A program made the position numbers and the translations under genes. From the human T2T-CHM13v2.0 reference genome, Homo sapiens: a stretch of DNA of 64,000 bases. Shown here piece after piece: positions 1 to 14,232 of the stretch (positions within the stretch are counted from its first letter, which is position 1; each line of letters begins with the position of its first letter). The notes beneath the pieces are model-generated. The model saw only the letters and a list, made by a program, of their open reading frames with translations. It made no database searches and was not told the DNA's origin. The stretch lies in NCBI RefSeq assembly GCF_009914755.1, contig NC_060945.1; one strand, 5' to 3'.

Positions 1-235
1 AAGCAGCTACTCAAAATTAAAATGCACATGAGGACATTTTTCACTACAATCAACCTGGGTATCAGTATCGACGAACAGGGCTAAGCATTGGTAACTTAAT
101 GCAGAGATAAATTTGTACTTTACCCATTGAATTTGGTTCCTTTTCCACATCTGTAAAAAGTTAAATAGAATGGTAAAGTTACCTGATTTGTCTTTCATCT
201 CGTTATTTCTCTACTCCTTGAAGGTAATGCCGAGG

Positions 236-237
<2 letters not shown>

Positions 238-292
<55 letters not shown>
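238..292. repeat. Compound microsatellite (CA)n(GA)n
   Basis: CA run to ~274, directly followed by a GA run to ~292. Confidence 0.98.
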
Positions 293-1098
293 AAAAAAAG
301 TAAGTCCAAAGCAGGCAGCAGGAAAAAGACAGAAAAAGTGACAAATAAATGATTAATCCCTGGAAAATTTAAATTTAATAGTGAATACGGACAACTTTCA
401 ACTTATAAAAGAAAAACATCCCTTGGGCATCAAGCCTAAGATACTCAACTGTAAGAGGCGGTAAGTCTGTAAGCCTAATAAATAACTTTAGGAAAAGTTT
501 TAAAACTTTGTTTTGATTTTTTAAATATCTAGACCAATGTGTTTTTAAAAACTAGAAATAATGGAATAAATTCCTAATATTTGAAAGAAGATGTCAAGAA
601 AGATAGCGAAGCCTTCCTAAATCACAAGCCTCTATGTCACTCCTTAGACATAATCATCTTTTTGTATCCCACATGAAAATCTTCAGCTATGAAGTGACTA
701 TACGGTGCTGTTCCTGCCCAAGTCACCACTAAACTGAGAAGGCTGATATGCCACTGGTCAGGAGACAGTTAATGATGTTACACAGGAAACATGGCACCCA
801 AGTTTCTAACCAACAGTGAATCTGCTTGTTAATTACATTCTGAGCAGGGAGTGACTTTTGCTACCAAAGGGGATTTAAAGAACCCTTTCCACACTACTCC
901 AGAGATGTGAATGCTGAGCCTACAGCCATGCAATGAAGTATATGTAGCAATGAGTATCACACAGCCTCACACAGTACTCTAAGAAATGGTTAAGAAAAAC
1001 AAATCCTCCATAAAAATCAAGTAAAACTATAAATAATTAAAAACTGCCTTTGGAATAAATGCATATGAATACTAAGTCTAATTAGCAATAAGGTCTTT

Positions 1099-1100
<2 letters not shown>

Positions 1101-1140
<40 letters not shown>
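1101..1140. repeat. (AC)20 microsatellite
   Basis: Perfect AC dinucleotide run. Confidence 0.98.
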
Positions 1141-1142
<2 letters not shown>

Positions 1143-1932
1143 TCCAAGGCAGACTTTGTAAGGCAAAGAATAATTTTAAAAAATGCTGTTGCTGTTCCCT
1201 ACAAAAATGCTGATTAAAGATTGCTACCCGCTTCTTACCCCAGAGAAAGTGGAAAGTCAAACCCTGATGCCCATATTTGCCTGTATCATGTCCAAGAAAT
1301 TATGGTAAATTGTGAATCAGTCACTACTAACAAATCCATTTGTCCTCTTCATAAAGACTGGAGCTGAAGAATCTGCTGTCAGGATTCGATGGACAGATAT
1401 CTAGAACAACAGACCCAGTGAATATTTGCTGAATGAATGAACCTTGGATTTGGAAAGCCTTCTATACCAGATTCATGTTTCTGATGTTCTGAATGGAGAA
1501 AAACAAGTAAAGAGTTATCCTCAAAGTTTTCTCTCGTGATAGGGCTTATTTCTCTTTAGGTGTGCTACATACTATACTATGTTCTTCACATTCAAGATGA
1601 AACGGGATAAACGTCCTAACAAACTTTACCTCTCTGGACTTGACCTTTTAGATATATTTTGGTTCTGGTCTTGGCTTTTGGGTAAGTAGCTATACAGAGT
1701 TCATCCCTCACAGCCAGTTCAAGCTGGCTGAACATTATGTCCAGTAGAGGGTTCCCTGGGAGACTGATTTGGCTTAGAACCTTTTGACCCATTCTGTTGG
1801 CAAACTTAAAGGTTCACACAGGTCCGTCCTGATCCTTTCAACTATTTCAAACCTCCTATGCCCTTGAAGTGTTCTCTCACTTTTTTTTTCTTTTTTTTCC
1901 CTGAGTTCTTTTGAGCAGGGATAATTAGCAGG

Positions 1933-2351
1933 CGTATTAGTTTCCAAGGGCTGTCATAACGAATTACAAACTGGTGGCTCAAGATTACAGAAAATCATTC
2001 TTTTATAGTTGTGGAGGCGAGAGTCTGAAATCAGGGTGTCAACAGGACCATGCACTTTTCAAAGACTCTGGGGGAGAATCCTTCCTTGTCTATTTCAGAT
2101 TCTTGGCTTGTAGTTACATAACTCCAATTTCTGCCTCTGTCTTTGTATGATCTCTCCCCTGTGTTTTCTCCCTTTCTATGTATCAGGACATTTTTCATTG
2201 AATTTAGGGCCAATTAGGATAATTCCAGATGATCTCATCTTGAGATCCTTGACTTAATTATCTCTGCAAAGATCCCTTTTCCAAATAAGGTCACATTCCC
2301 AGGTACCAGGTGGACATACCTTATGTGGAAACCACCATTCCATTCACTACA
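1933..2351 (-). mobile_element. MaLR solo LTR, MLT1B-like
   Basis: Ends (c)gtattagtttcc...accaccattccattcactaca; internal MLT1 motifs gatctcatcttgagatcctt and ccaaataaggtcacattc. Confidence 0.85.
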
Positions 2352-2517
2352 GTGAGTGATTCATCTTTAGATTTGAAGAGGTAAATAATTTGTGGTATTA
2401 CATTTGGTGCTCTAAACATTTATTTTAAATATTCTGCATACCTTAACTTTGTGTCTATTTATTTTAAGTTATTGCTTTAACTTATTATTATTGTCTTCAT
2501 TGGTAGTTCTTCTAGAC

Positions 2518-2730
2518 CAAAGTTTTTCAGTCACAGCATGACTGACATTTGGGGCTTGATAATTCTTTCTTGTGGGAGGATTTGCTGCTCATTGTATTGT
2601 GTTTCACAGCATCCCTCGCCTCTACTCTCTAGGTGCCAGTAGCATTCCACCAGTTGTGTCAATAAAACATGCCTCTAGAAATTCCCAAATGTCCCTGGAT
2701 CAGGAAATTGTTCTTGGTTGGAAACCACTG
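2518..2730 (-). mobile_element. MER20 (hAT-Charlie MITE)
   Basis: ctgacatttggggcttgataattcttt...cagcatccctcgcctctac...caaatgtccctgg...ggttggaaaccactg matches the MER20 reverse complement. Confidence 0.85.
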
Positions 2731-3554
2731 GTCCACTTCAAACATTTCTAGATAAGACTATTAGAAATTACACTGAAACACTAAAATTCATCTAAATCAT
2801 AACTTTGATTTCTTTGGCTAAAACTTGTGCACTGAAAATATTATAAAAATGTTTTATTTTATTTTGGTTCAGAATAATGAGTTAATGGAACATTTTCCCA
2901 GGGTATACATAATTTTCAATGGCCCAGTCTCTACTCACGTAGCAAGTGATATGAAGGACCAGGCTTAGTGCATGCTCTCCCATTTACTTATCTGCTATTC
3001 AAAAACGGGCAGAAATCTGCTCCTTTCGACCAGAAAGGCAAACTGAATTCCTTCATAACAGGGTTTGACAGAGAAATATATGTGATATCCATTAATGAAG
3101 TAAAATTGCAGAAAAACCACTTCTTTATACAAAGAGAAAAAATATCAACCATTCACCTTTATTGCCATTAGGATCAACATGGAACACTCAAACAATGGTT
3201 CTGTTATTAATTCAGAAACATCCAACCCACTTATGAGTTAAAGCAAGATATTAGGCACAGATCTATGAGCTATTAATATTGTCTGTTTTAATAAAACATA
3301 TCAGAGCTTACACTAACAAAAGTTGTTGCTTCAAGGTTGTAGACACCTTAGTAAGCTAGACAATTTAGTAAACTCCAAAACTGTCATTGCCCCATTCTCC
3401 AACCATTTTAAATGTTGTAGACCTGAAATAAAGGCCATCCTGAGTCTCAACAAGAACTCATTTTTGTTTAGAATTACATCTAATTTTGGTTAACTGGATT
3501 TTTATCTACAAAACTTGTTTCCAACATTCAAATCCACATTTAAAAGTTTAATAT

Positions 3555-3883
<329 letters not shown>

Positions 3884-4246
3884 TAAAAGTTTAATGTTAC
3901 TACCAACAGAAATATTTTTAAGATTCCCAGTTTTCCAAGACAATTTAAAAAGACAAAGCAAAAATATTTTGAGTAATGATAGCTTCTTTGACATAAATAT
4001 AAGGTCTCCCAAGGTAACCGCTCTGAGAAGGACAATAAGCATTTGGATTTATAAATGTTGCTACTTTTAAGAAAATAAATTGCATTATTTTACAGATCCA
4101 ATCTATAGATAACCCATTAGCTAAACATTCTTTGAAAACAGAAATCAGATTTTTTTCCAGTTATAGCTAACAATACTAATTTCAAATAACAATTATAATA
4201 ATTTATTATGAGAGAAGATCTTTTTGAGCTATTAATTAACTGAATT

Positions 4247-4475
4247 GAGAGGTAGCATAGCATACTGAATAAAACCATGGGCTTAGTAGCTCAACTGCTA
4301 GGATGCAATTGTGACTCTGTCAGTTATCAACTGTGTGACCTTGGTTTTCTACTCTGTAAAATTGGTCTAATAATAGTAACAACCTCATTAAGTTGCTGTA
4401 AAGATTACAAGTTAATGCACATAAAGCATGAAGAGTAGAGTCTAGTATGTAGTAGATGTTCAATAAATGATTATT
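4247..4475 (+). mobile_element. MIR SINE
   Basis: Core ctgtgtgaccttgg...ctgtaaaattgg...ataatagtaacaacctca; end tcaataaatg. Confidence 0.8.
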
Positions 4476-6029
4476 TCTGTGATTGTTTCACTTTTCTCAT
4501 GTCTCTTTTTATTTGATTTGATCCAATTCCCTAAAGACTTCACGTTAAGAAATAAAACATTTGACTCCAAAGACTTTTGGCAAGCTGCACTTTTCAGTCT
4601 CCTAGTTTGTCTTTATGGCCTTTGGGGTCCATATCTTTCTGCTGCATTTTACAAGTTCTGTTTCAATCATATTTACTTCCATTATATATTAAGTCATATT
4701 GAGACTACATAATAATACATGACAATAGATAAAAATTTGGTTAGCCCAGAGTAAAGAATTTAAAGTTATCATTGGACAGATAATAGAAAGAGGAGGAGGA
4801 TTATTTTGTGTGACATAAATCAAGCATGGTGAAAAACAACGTAATGCTCCCTCATAGAAGCAGGTTTTCACTAAGGGGCTGATGATATTCAAATTGCATA
4901 AAATGAATACTTTCCCTGGGATAGTCTTGACCACACAGTATTTATTTTTTTAATTCACAATATTTTTTGAATCAATTTTTAAGTTGGTGCTTAAGTGATT
5001 AATTTCTTAATCATGACATACTTATCTACTCCAATGTAGGAAAAATCTTTTTATCTCTCAATACTCATAAATAATAGATGAAATGTAATTGAACTATTAT
5101 AAATATTATTGATGACAGAAGGAAACAAACTTCTGAGTTCAGCTCTTCCTAACCCAAGAGAGATTGAGCAAAAATACGTATATTATGTGGGAAATTACAA
5201 TTCAAGTATTAGAACTCCTTTGTTTAGTTAGTTATTTGCCTCAGGCAGGTGATAATTTTCAAACCTAGAAACAATTTATTTTAAATATTCAAAAATTAAT
5301 ATAGAAAATAAGGCTACCAAACTTTTCCAAACACATTTACAAAGAATTCTTGAGGAGGAAAAACAAACTTGAATGATCTGCTTCCTCATTACCATAAAAA
5401 GTTGTTTTGTGATGAACCCCCTTGATTCTAAGGACAACAATCCATGACAATTATTATCACAGACAAAATTTCCAGAATATAAGAAATTCTTCCTGTTTCC
5501 TTAAGTGGTTTTAAAAAGATTCATCATGATCAAATATAATTTTAGTAAACTCTTCATTTCAGAATAACATAAGATGTCCCAGTGAGAGAATACGCTGAAA
5601 TCCTTTAATCATACTTTTTTGCAAAAGAGCATTTACAAAGCATCTTTAAGTCACCCTGAATTGGCATAACGTATTGAAGATTTGGGGCATGTGGCTGGAT
5701 GTTACCTTAACATGGTGACAAAGATACAGGAAGATAGAGAAGAAAGAAAATGGAGAATGGAAAAATTCCACCACTTGTACATAAAAAGCATGAGGTTACA
5801 TATGTTGTCTCTCTGCGTGGTTCTTCTTTCCAAGGCTCTGGGAAGGGAAAGGGGTAAAATGATCTTCAATTCTTTCTCAGGCCTGTACTGTACCACTGCC
5901 TTTCAATATTCTCCCATTTGGCTGAGTTTGTCGAATTTAAAACATGATGCAGTGTTTACTTTATACACATTAAAAGGGAGTTATGTTTAAAACATATAAA
6001 CTAAAATATCTGGACTATCTGTAACTGAA

Positions 6030-6918
6030 TAATAAAAGAAGACACAAAACCAAATATGAAAAAATTAACAAAGAACTTGAATAAACAACTCACCAAGGAA
6101 GAAATCCAAGAGGTAAGTAAGCACATGAAAAGATACTCAATACCACGAGTCATTAGGGGAATCCCAATTAAAATCAAAGTAAGATATTACCACACTTATA
6201 CTAGAGAGTGGATAAAACTTTAAAAGCTGAAAATACAAAGTACTGGTAAAGGTGTGGAACATCTAGAACTCATACATTTTTCTAGTAGTAATGCAAATGT
6301 TACCATCACTTTGAAACATAATTTTGAAAAATAAGTATACACTTACCATATGATCAATCAATAGCTCATCTAAGTATTTACCCAAGAGTAATGAAAACCC
6401 ATGTCCTCACAAAAACCTCTATGTGAATGTTCACAGCATTTTTACTCATAATTGCCTCAAACTGAAAACAATACAAATGTTCATCATTAGTGATGGAGTG
6501 AATGGATAAACAAATTGTGATAATTCCATAAAACAAAGTGCTACTCAAAAGCAAAACTAGATGAACAATTGATGCAACAACATGGATGAATCTCAAAAAC
6601 ATCATGCTAACTGAAGAAAGCCAGACACAAAAGCTTATATGCCATGTGATTCCAGTTACATGATTATCTGAGAAAAGCAAATTTAAAGGGACATAGATCC
6701 AAGACGTGATTGTCAGGGAGTTGGGGATGGGGGAAGAGGCTGTGTTACAAAGAAGGATAGAGGACATTTTTGGAGCGATGAAAATATTCTATGTATATCT
6801 TGATGATAGTAGTAGTTATACAAATATCTACATTCATCAAGATTTATAAAGCTACATGTTTAAAAAATGGTGAATTTTACTGTATGTGGATTATACCTCA
6901 ATAAAATTGACTAAAAAA
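6030..6918 (+). mobile_element. Old L1 (L1MC/MD/ME-type) ORF2 end and 3' UTR
   Basis: gcacatgaaaagatactcaa, acatggatgaatctcaaaaacatcatgct; terminus ttatacctcaataaa. Confidence 0.88.
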
Positions 6919-7127
6919 TCAATGCAATATATTTAAGATCACCCTGACACATGGGATAGTTCACTCCAAACCTAAACTCATTGACACAGAACCAAGCCAT
7001 GACCAGATAACAGATGTAGGTTATCATCATTTATTCTGGCTTCCCATAAAGTCCTTAGTGTAACCATCTAAAACCTGGTAGTGCTATTGCCCTTGATTTA
7101 AAAAATTGACAATTTCCCTAAGGTCAC

Positions 7128-7933
7128 TGCATTAATCAGGGTAGACCAGGTATACTATAGTAGTGTATTAGTTCATTTTCATGCTACTGTTAAGGACATA
7201 CCTGAAACTGCGTAGTTTATAAAGGAAAGGTTTAATTGACTCACAGTTCTGCAGGGCTGGGGAGGCCTCAGGAAACTTACAGTCACGGCAGAAGGGGAAG
7301 CAAACACGTCCTTCTTCACAAGGCAGCAGGAGAGAGAAGAATGAGAGGTTAGGGAAGGGGGAAACCCCTTATAAAACCATCAGATCTTGTGAGAACTCAC
7401 TCACTATCATGAGAACAGCATGGGAAAAACCACCCTCATGATTCAATGATCTCAACCTGGTCCTACCCTTGACACATGGGAGAATTACTATAATTCAAGG
7501 TGAGATTTGGGTGGGGACACGAAGCCAAACTATATCAAGTAGCAAACCCCAAACCTCAGTGGTTTAACATAGTCCATATTTATTTCTTGCTTATGTAAAT
7601 TCTGCTGTGAGTTTCTGGTGACTCTTCAGGGTATCTGTTGTCCATGCATTCACTCAGTGGTCCCAGATGAGCTAGTTTCCACCATGCTATAGCTGTGTCA
7701 ACTGTAGCATGCACTTTCTCAGTCAATGCAGCAGGAAAAGAGAATGCTCACAGTAGCATTCTCACAGTAGTGAAAGTGACAACACAACACATATCATTGC
7801 TTCTCACAAAATTTTACCAGGAACAGGTTGCTTAGTCCAGCTTAATTTAAAAGTCAGAAAAGTATAATTTCCCCTTTGTGCCAGGGAGATGAGGATAACC
7901 AGCTTGGGATAAGCACCAGAAGTTACTAACACA
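7128..7933 (-). mobile_element. Old MaLR LTR (MLT1J/K/L-like) interrupted by THE1
   Basis: tgcattaatcagggtagaccagg [THE1] caaaccccaaacctcagtggtttaac...tttatttcttgct; ends actaacaca. Confidence 0.65.
7164..7537 (-). mobile_element. THE1 (C/D-like) solo LTR
   Basis: tgtattagttcattttc...gaggcctcaggaaacttac...gccaaactatatca; perfect 5-bp TSD agtag. Confidence 0.95.
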
Positions 7934-9499
7934 GTTCTTTTTATTTTATTTCACAATATACTTTTTGCTGTTTCTTATCAAATAAGTATTCATGCACACT
8001 TATTATTCTGGGCCATGAAGTAGCAATGTATTACTAGGCAGAAGCAGTATGGTACCATGTTCTTGTTGGGAATATCATCATTTAACCCTCAACATTGTTG
8101 CAGTGGGGTAAATTAAGCTGCCAAGGGCTTAATGTTTTTCTCCTAGGATTTCCTGTTGAGTTTTGGTATCTAGAGACTGATGGGGATTAGCTTTGCATGC
8201 TCCCGCTTAGTCTTCTTGCATGTGGGAATTTGGGAGCAATTAATGTCATCTCTGATGACAGAGGAAATTAACTCTGTGTGTTAGCTATGTTGATAGAACA
8301 TACTCAAAGGTTCAGATGGCAGTCTGAACTTCTGAACTTTTGGGAGCTAAATACACACTTAATTCTTTAGAGATCCCTGAAGACACAAATTAAAGAGGGT
8401 GAATTAAAAGAAAAAAGTGTTTCCAGTTTTTATAGGAGGAGCTTTGAAGTCACCATGGAATGAGTCTGAGAATCTCTACAGTATCTGTATACTGTAGGAA
8501 GAGGAGTTAAAGTCAGATCATTGGTGAAGTGGAAGGTTCTCACGTGAGAGGCAGGTACTGAGATGGCGGAAAGAGCAAAGCTGCTGGAAATTGGGGCAGT
8601 GGATCAATAGTGGGGGATGGATGTGGGACAAGCAGACGTGATCTCAATCATGAAATGTGATTTTGGAGCATGATAGTTTTACGGGTCCTTAAATCTGTCC
8701 CAATTTATCCTTTTCTCATGGAAATAACGAGCGCACTATTTGTCTTTTGAATCCATTATACAGAGTGAGTGCAACATTTCAGGTCAAAAGAAGATCTGTT
8801 CCCATAGACTGAACTACCATGTTCTTTTTCCTAATGATAATTCTAGTGAAAATAAAACAACAGCAAAATGTGTGTGTATTAATGAATGTGTGTGATCTGA
8901 GCACATACAACACAAGTACAACTAGATATAAAATAGGTAAGCAGACAAAACCTTCAGTGAGGGTTTCCATTATGATGCAACATAGGAAGTAGCTATAGTG
9001 TAATCTGTAGAAGCAACAAAATGTAGCATTTATTTCATCCCTTCTATGCTGCATGCCAATGGCAGACAATGTTAAAGGAGCACAGCTCTCTGTTCTATGA
9101 AGCCCAGGCCAGGCCTCAGCATCCTTGTCAACCCAGCACTGGAAGTAGCCACTATATAAACAAATAAACAATCAAATTTTGCACTCGATTTGAGAGCTAC
9201 TTTCTATCAAACACCAGCAAAAGATTTCTGAATTTTGAATGGTGGTGAAAACTCTCCAGAGATTTTTTCCTTTTCACTAAAAGCCTGGTGAGATTATGCG
9301 TTTCCTTTTTGCTTTCTTTTCTTACTCTCCTCTGTCTTTTCTTGAAAAAAAAAATGTACTAAGCACTAACCACAAGAACCTGCATGTGTCAGGTGCTGGA
9401 GATAAAATTGTGAACAAGGCACAGTGGGAAAATTCTAAGTAATGTCCAGCACTCATAACCAGTCACTTCTGGAAAGATTTTCTTCACTTTGCTGAAAGC

Positions 9500-10230
9500 T
9501 ATATGAATCCAGTTTCATCCTACCATGTGGCAATTTCTACCCTTCTCTACCCCCACCACCCCAGTTTAAACTATATCATCTATTGCCTGGACTGCTGTAG
9601 GAGCCACCTTGGTAAATCTCTACATTCACTCGGATCCTATCCAATCCATCTTCTGCACAGGAGTCAGAGCAATTACATACAGGGTCTTGTGATTCTCGTG
9701 CTTAAAACGCTCCACTGGATTTCCCCGGCTCTTTAGATGGAAGCCAACACTCCTAACACGGCGGCCAAGGCCCTGTGTAATTTGTTCCATACCTGTTTAT
9801 TCAGCTTCATCTACCACCCCTCTCTTCTTCACTGTCTGTTATCCAACCACAATGTTTTTCCATTTCTCAAACTTACCCTTTCTGCCTTGCAGCTTTGTAG
9901 CCTGCAATACTATTTTCCCACTTTGCCTTCTAGTTAACTCTGTCATCTTTTAAGTTTCAGTTCAGAATTCACTTCACCTACTGCACACCCAGCTACTTTT
10001 GTATTAATTTCATGGTATCATGTACCTCTCCTTCTTTCATCACATTTAATGATAATTCATGTTGTCTGTTTGATTATTTGATTAACCTCTGCCTGCCTCA
10101 TTAGCCTATTAGCTCAATGATGACATAATGATTGCAAGGAAAATGTCTGCTGTGCTCTTAAGTGTGTTTGAGCGTGTGTGCACGCACGTCTAGCACATAG
10201 TAGATGCTCAACAAATACTAGTGGCATGGA
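9500..10230 (+). mobile_element. L2 3' region
   Basis: catctattgcctggactgctg, caatccatcttctgcacag, cttaaaacgctccactgg; end tagcacatagtagatgctcaacaaata. Confidence 0.75.
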
Positions 10231-10254
10231 GGCAGGAGGAAACAACTCACTGGT

Positions 10255-10430
10255 TGCATGAATGAACAAATAAAGATAGGAGTGTTCCTGTCCCCAGACC
10301 TTACAATCTAATGGGAAACAGATAATAAATAGACAATTTGAAGACAGTTTGATGAGTTCTGTGAGAAGACAAGTATAGTGTGCTACATGCAAACATAAGA
10401 GGGATACTGAATTCCAATTTGAAGGGGCTA
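10255..10430 (-). mobile_element. L2 fragment
   Basis: cctgtccccagaccttacaatctaatgggaaacagataataaatagacaat. Confidence 0.55.
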
Positions 10431-10831
10431 CTATAGTAGAGATGAAGAGGAATTATATAATCAAGAGTTACAATAGACATATTTACAGAAATGGAGCAGT
10501 TTCACATATCCAGCCCTTGCGGGGCTATGTATAGTAGTAAATAAGAACAGAAATACAAGCTGTGGAAATTCTGCTGCAAAGGCTGTATTTTAAAGTCTGA
10601 ACTCTAAATGGTTGCAAACAGAGAGAGACTGAGAATTCTTCCAATTAGCACATCTGTCTTGACTCAGGAAGTGACTACACTGAGGCAGATCCACATAAAA
10701 ACAGAGAACACAGAGGGAAGTCAACCTATGATTAAAAAAAAAAATTCAAATAATGACACAGTAAGAGGATCAGGGTCAAAACTGAAGATACTTTCCCCCT
10801 AAGCTGTGCATAGCTAGAAAAGATTAGTAGG

Positions 10832-11194
<363 letters not shown>

Positions 11195-12813
11195 TCATAC
11201 ATGTATGCATAGATATGCTTTATATGCATAATTGAATAAATTAAATATAGTTTATTGTAAATTACAGATGGGTCATTCTGAAGTAATCTTCTTTATTGCC
11301 GTTGCGAAGTCTCAATTAAAAAAAAATTAGTTACTGTTAAACATATATTTGGACACAAACAAATCCAAACAGCACATGCAGTTGAACTCCTGGATAGCCA
11401 AGCCAAGCAGCTCACGTTAGAGGACTGTGCTTGAAGAAGATCTGTTCCTGATGGTGAGCGGACCACATGTCATTCACAAGTACGTATACCCTTCAAATAG
11501 CTTTGCTATAGATTTGCCATGTAGCTTTCAAGGCCAGAGAAAGGGGGTCCCCTGAGGGTCTTTCTTTTTTTTTTTTTTTTAATAATGGAGCCCATGAACA
11601 CTAGTGCAGAATGTAAATGTGAAGTCACAGAACCCATTTTTCCTAACTGTGATCACCCAGATTTTGCTGTAGGGTAGCAAATGACTGCAGATTCCAGGGG
11701 GAGAAGCCAAACAGCTCTCACTACCCTGAAAAAATGGAAGTCAGAAAAAGCATTCAACAATGTCACCCTGCTGCAAGCATGTTAGGAGCTGTCCCCAGAG
11801 ACCTCATCTTCCTCTTCATCCTCAGCAAAGAAAATTAAATGTCACTAGTGAGCACAGAACCTCCCTCATTTCACCATTATCTTCTCTTTTCTAAAGATGC
11901 TTTATGTCCTTTCTGAAAGTACTAAAGAAATCCTTAATGATATCTAGAAATAATGTTTCTTTCTTGCACCCAGAATTTTCCTGCTCTTTGGAAAGTAACA
12001 CTTCACTCTTTTTTTTTTTCTGAATTATTATTTACAGGGCAAGTTGACATTTTAGGACACAAATCAGATTATCAAGTTTAGTCTTGGTGAAATCACCTTA
12101 TTATTTGTAAGAAATACCTGTCTTCAGTTAAAGCATGGGTAATCATTAATGATAAATATAATGTTATTTAATATGTGGTATGTAATTGGAGAGTGCCATA
12201 GGTGAGTGCAGACAGAAATAAACTAGTTTTCAAACTAACTGGCTCTACTCCATCTAGCTATGTGTCCCTAAATAAAGCACTTAACTGCTCTGTGCCACAA
12301 GAGTTTGCCACAAAACACAAAACTAGTAGAATCCTAAAGATCTCAAAAAGCCTGTATGTTTAAAAGAATGTCACTGTAACTTTGGGAAACTTTAAGGCAC
12401 TGAACATGTTCGATATCATCAGAAGCTAGAAAAAATGATTAGGATTTTTCCTTTAAACTTTATACATTTGTGTTTTGTCTTGGTTTTGAGTATTTAGTGT
12501 TTTTTTCATTTTTAAATGAGCTTTGTAGTTAGTGCATTGGCCCTCAGGAACGATAATTTATTGTTTTTGTTTTATTTTAGGTTAAAGTAAAATTATGAGA
12601 CTTCATATATTTCTGAGTGACTTAAGACTGTTCACTGGGAAACCACAGCTTGTGCACGATAGCACTGTGCTTGTATCAAGTGACCTCAGAGCTTTCCTGC
12701 ATAGAATCCTTCCCCAATGCTCTTAATTTTCTGCGCTTGCAGGCAGGCCTTAGGCATCTTTCTGACCATCCTCGCGTATCCCAGAGTGGGCCTCGGTCTT
12801 TGCAGAGGTGTAC

Positions 12814-12830
12814 CACCGCCCTCTGCTGGA
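12814..12830 (-). promoter_or_regulatory. Strong CTCF core motif
   Basis: Minus strand TCCAGCAGAGGGCGGTG fits CCASYAGRKGGCRS, in a CpG-retaining unique patch. Confidence 0.65.
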
Positions 12831-13414
12831 CAGATTGCAGCAAGTAGCCTCAGAGTCCCTTCTCAAGTGTGGGTTTCCTGCCCCGCCTCTCCTACACCAT
12901 CAGACCTGAGTGGACATGTACAGTCTTCACAAAGGGTTAGGTGAAATTGATAATTTTAGAGGTTTGGGTATTTTACTAAAGATGCTTTGAGTAACATGAT
13001 AAACAAGCATCTGACTTTTTAACTTGGGATTTTCAATGATACTCATTACAAACTGACTAGCATTCACATTTTGGAACACTCATTCCTTTTGACTGATTCA
13101 GCACACTTCGCCAGGTATTCTCCAATCAGAGAACTATTTTTATCTCACATGAATTAGAAGAGATGGTTCCTAACAGATAAAGATGATATTCCAATGAGAT
13201 AAACCTTCTCCTTCTGAGTTAATTAGACATTGACTGGTAGGCTGTATTCTCAATCATTTTGCCATCAAATATTTTTTGAAAACCTACTACACACCCAGAA
13301 ATCTTTTAAGTGTCAGGGATATAGCAAGAAATACAATACTTTAAAAAGATATATGCCAGTCACCTTGTATCTATTTCTGACCTGCTGAAATATAAGTTCT
13401 AATGGGAATACAAC

Positions 13415-13522
13415 TAGAGTGACCAACCGTCTTGGTTTTCTCAGGATTCACAGGCTTCCTAGGATGCGATATTTTCAGTGCCAAAACAAGTACCAGGAAA
13501 ATTGAAGGAGTTGGTTATGGTA
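13415..13522 (+). mobile_element. MER81-like (hAT-Blackjack MITE)
   Basis: TIRs tagagtgaccaacc / agttggttatggta; 8-bp TSD aatacaac/aatacatc. Confidence 0.8.
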
Positions 13523-14232
13523 AATACATCTCTACCATAAAAGATTGTAAACTACACTAGCATTTATTGAAAAATAGCCTTTCAATAGTGTTAGGTTCAT
13601 CCTTAATACTATTCCTCTGAATAGTTTCTTCTCATTAAAAATGTGTTGCAATTTATAAATTACATAAAAATTAGTCTATTGAATTGTTGTTTGCAGAGCA
13701 TTTTCTTATATACAAAAGAGCTGAGCAAACCTAAAATCATAAATTCAAATTTGCTCTGTGAAAGCCAAGCAAAGTAAATACCGGAAAAGCCAACCTCAAT
13801 CTTGTAAGATGCAGAAAGAGCTTAGATTACCTATGCAGAGACACTTTAGAACAAAAGGGGAAATTAAAACCAGGAAAAGGTATTTATTAATGAAATCCCT
13901 GAGAAAGACAAACTATCAATCAGGTGATAACAAACGATAAAAGCTTAAAACTGGAAGATCCTAAAATTCACCCATTTTCTATCCAAACAAAACATTTTCT
14001 CCAGGATTTTGATGTTATTTATTAAAGCTTGAATACATCTTCTGACATATTATTCCAAAAAAAATTAGTCTTTATTTCTCACCAATAATTGTTTCCCATA
14101 TTTTATTTAAATATGATCCTCTTAATTTTCTTAATTTTGCTTTAGATAATTTTTTAAAAAATATATAACTTCATATATCCATGTGTCGTTAGAACTAAAA
14201 CTAAAATTCAATATTATTTTCTGCTTGACATC

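Noticed and set aside
151-182. Donor at ~182 and acceptor at ~151 (minus) as an intron
   Set aside because: About 32 nt, too short for a human intron
11790-11835. Minus-strand acidic peptide FFAEDEEEDEVSGDSS* as a terminal exon
   Set aside because: In-frame stops immediately upstream and only a GAG acceptor; likely a chance purine-rich run
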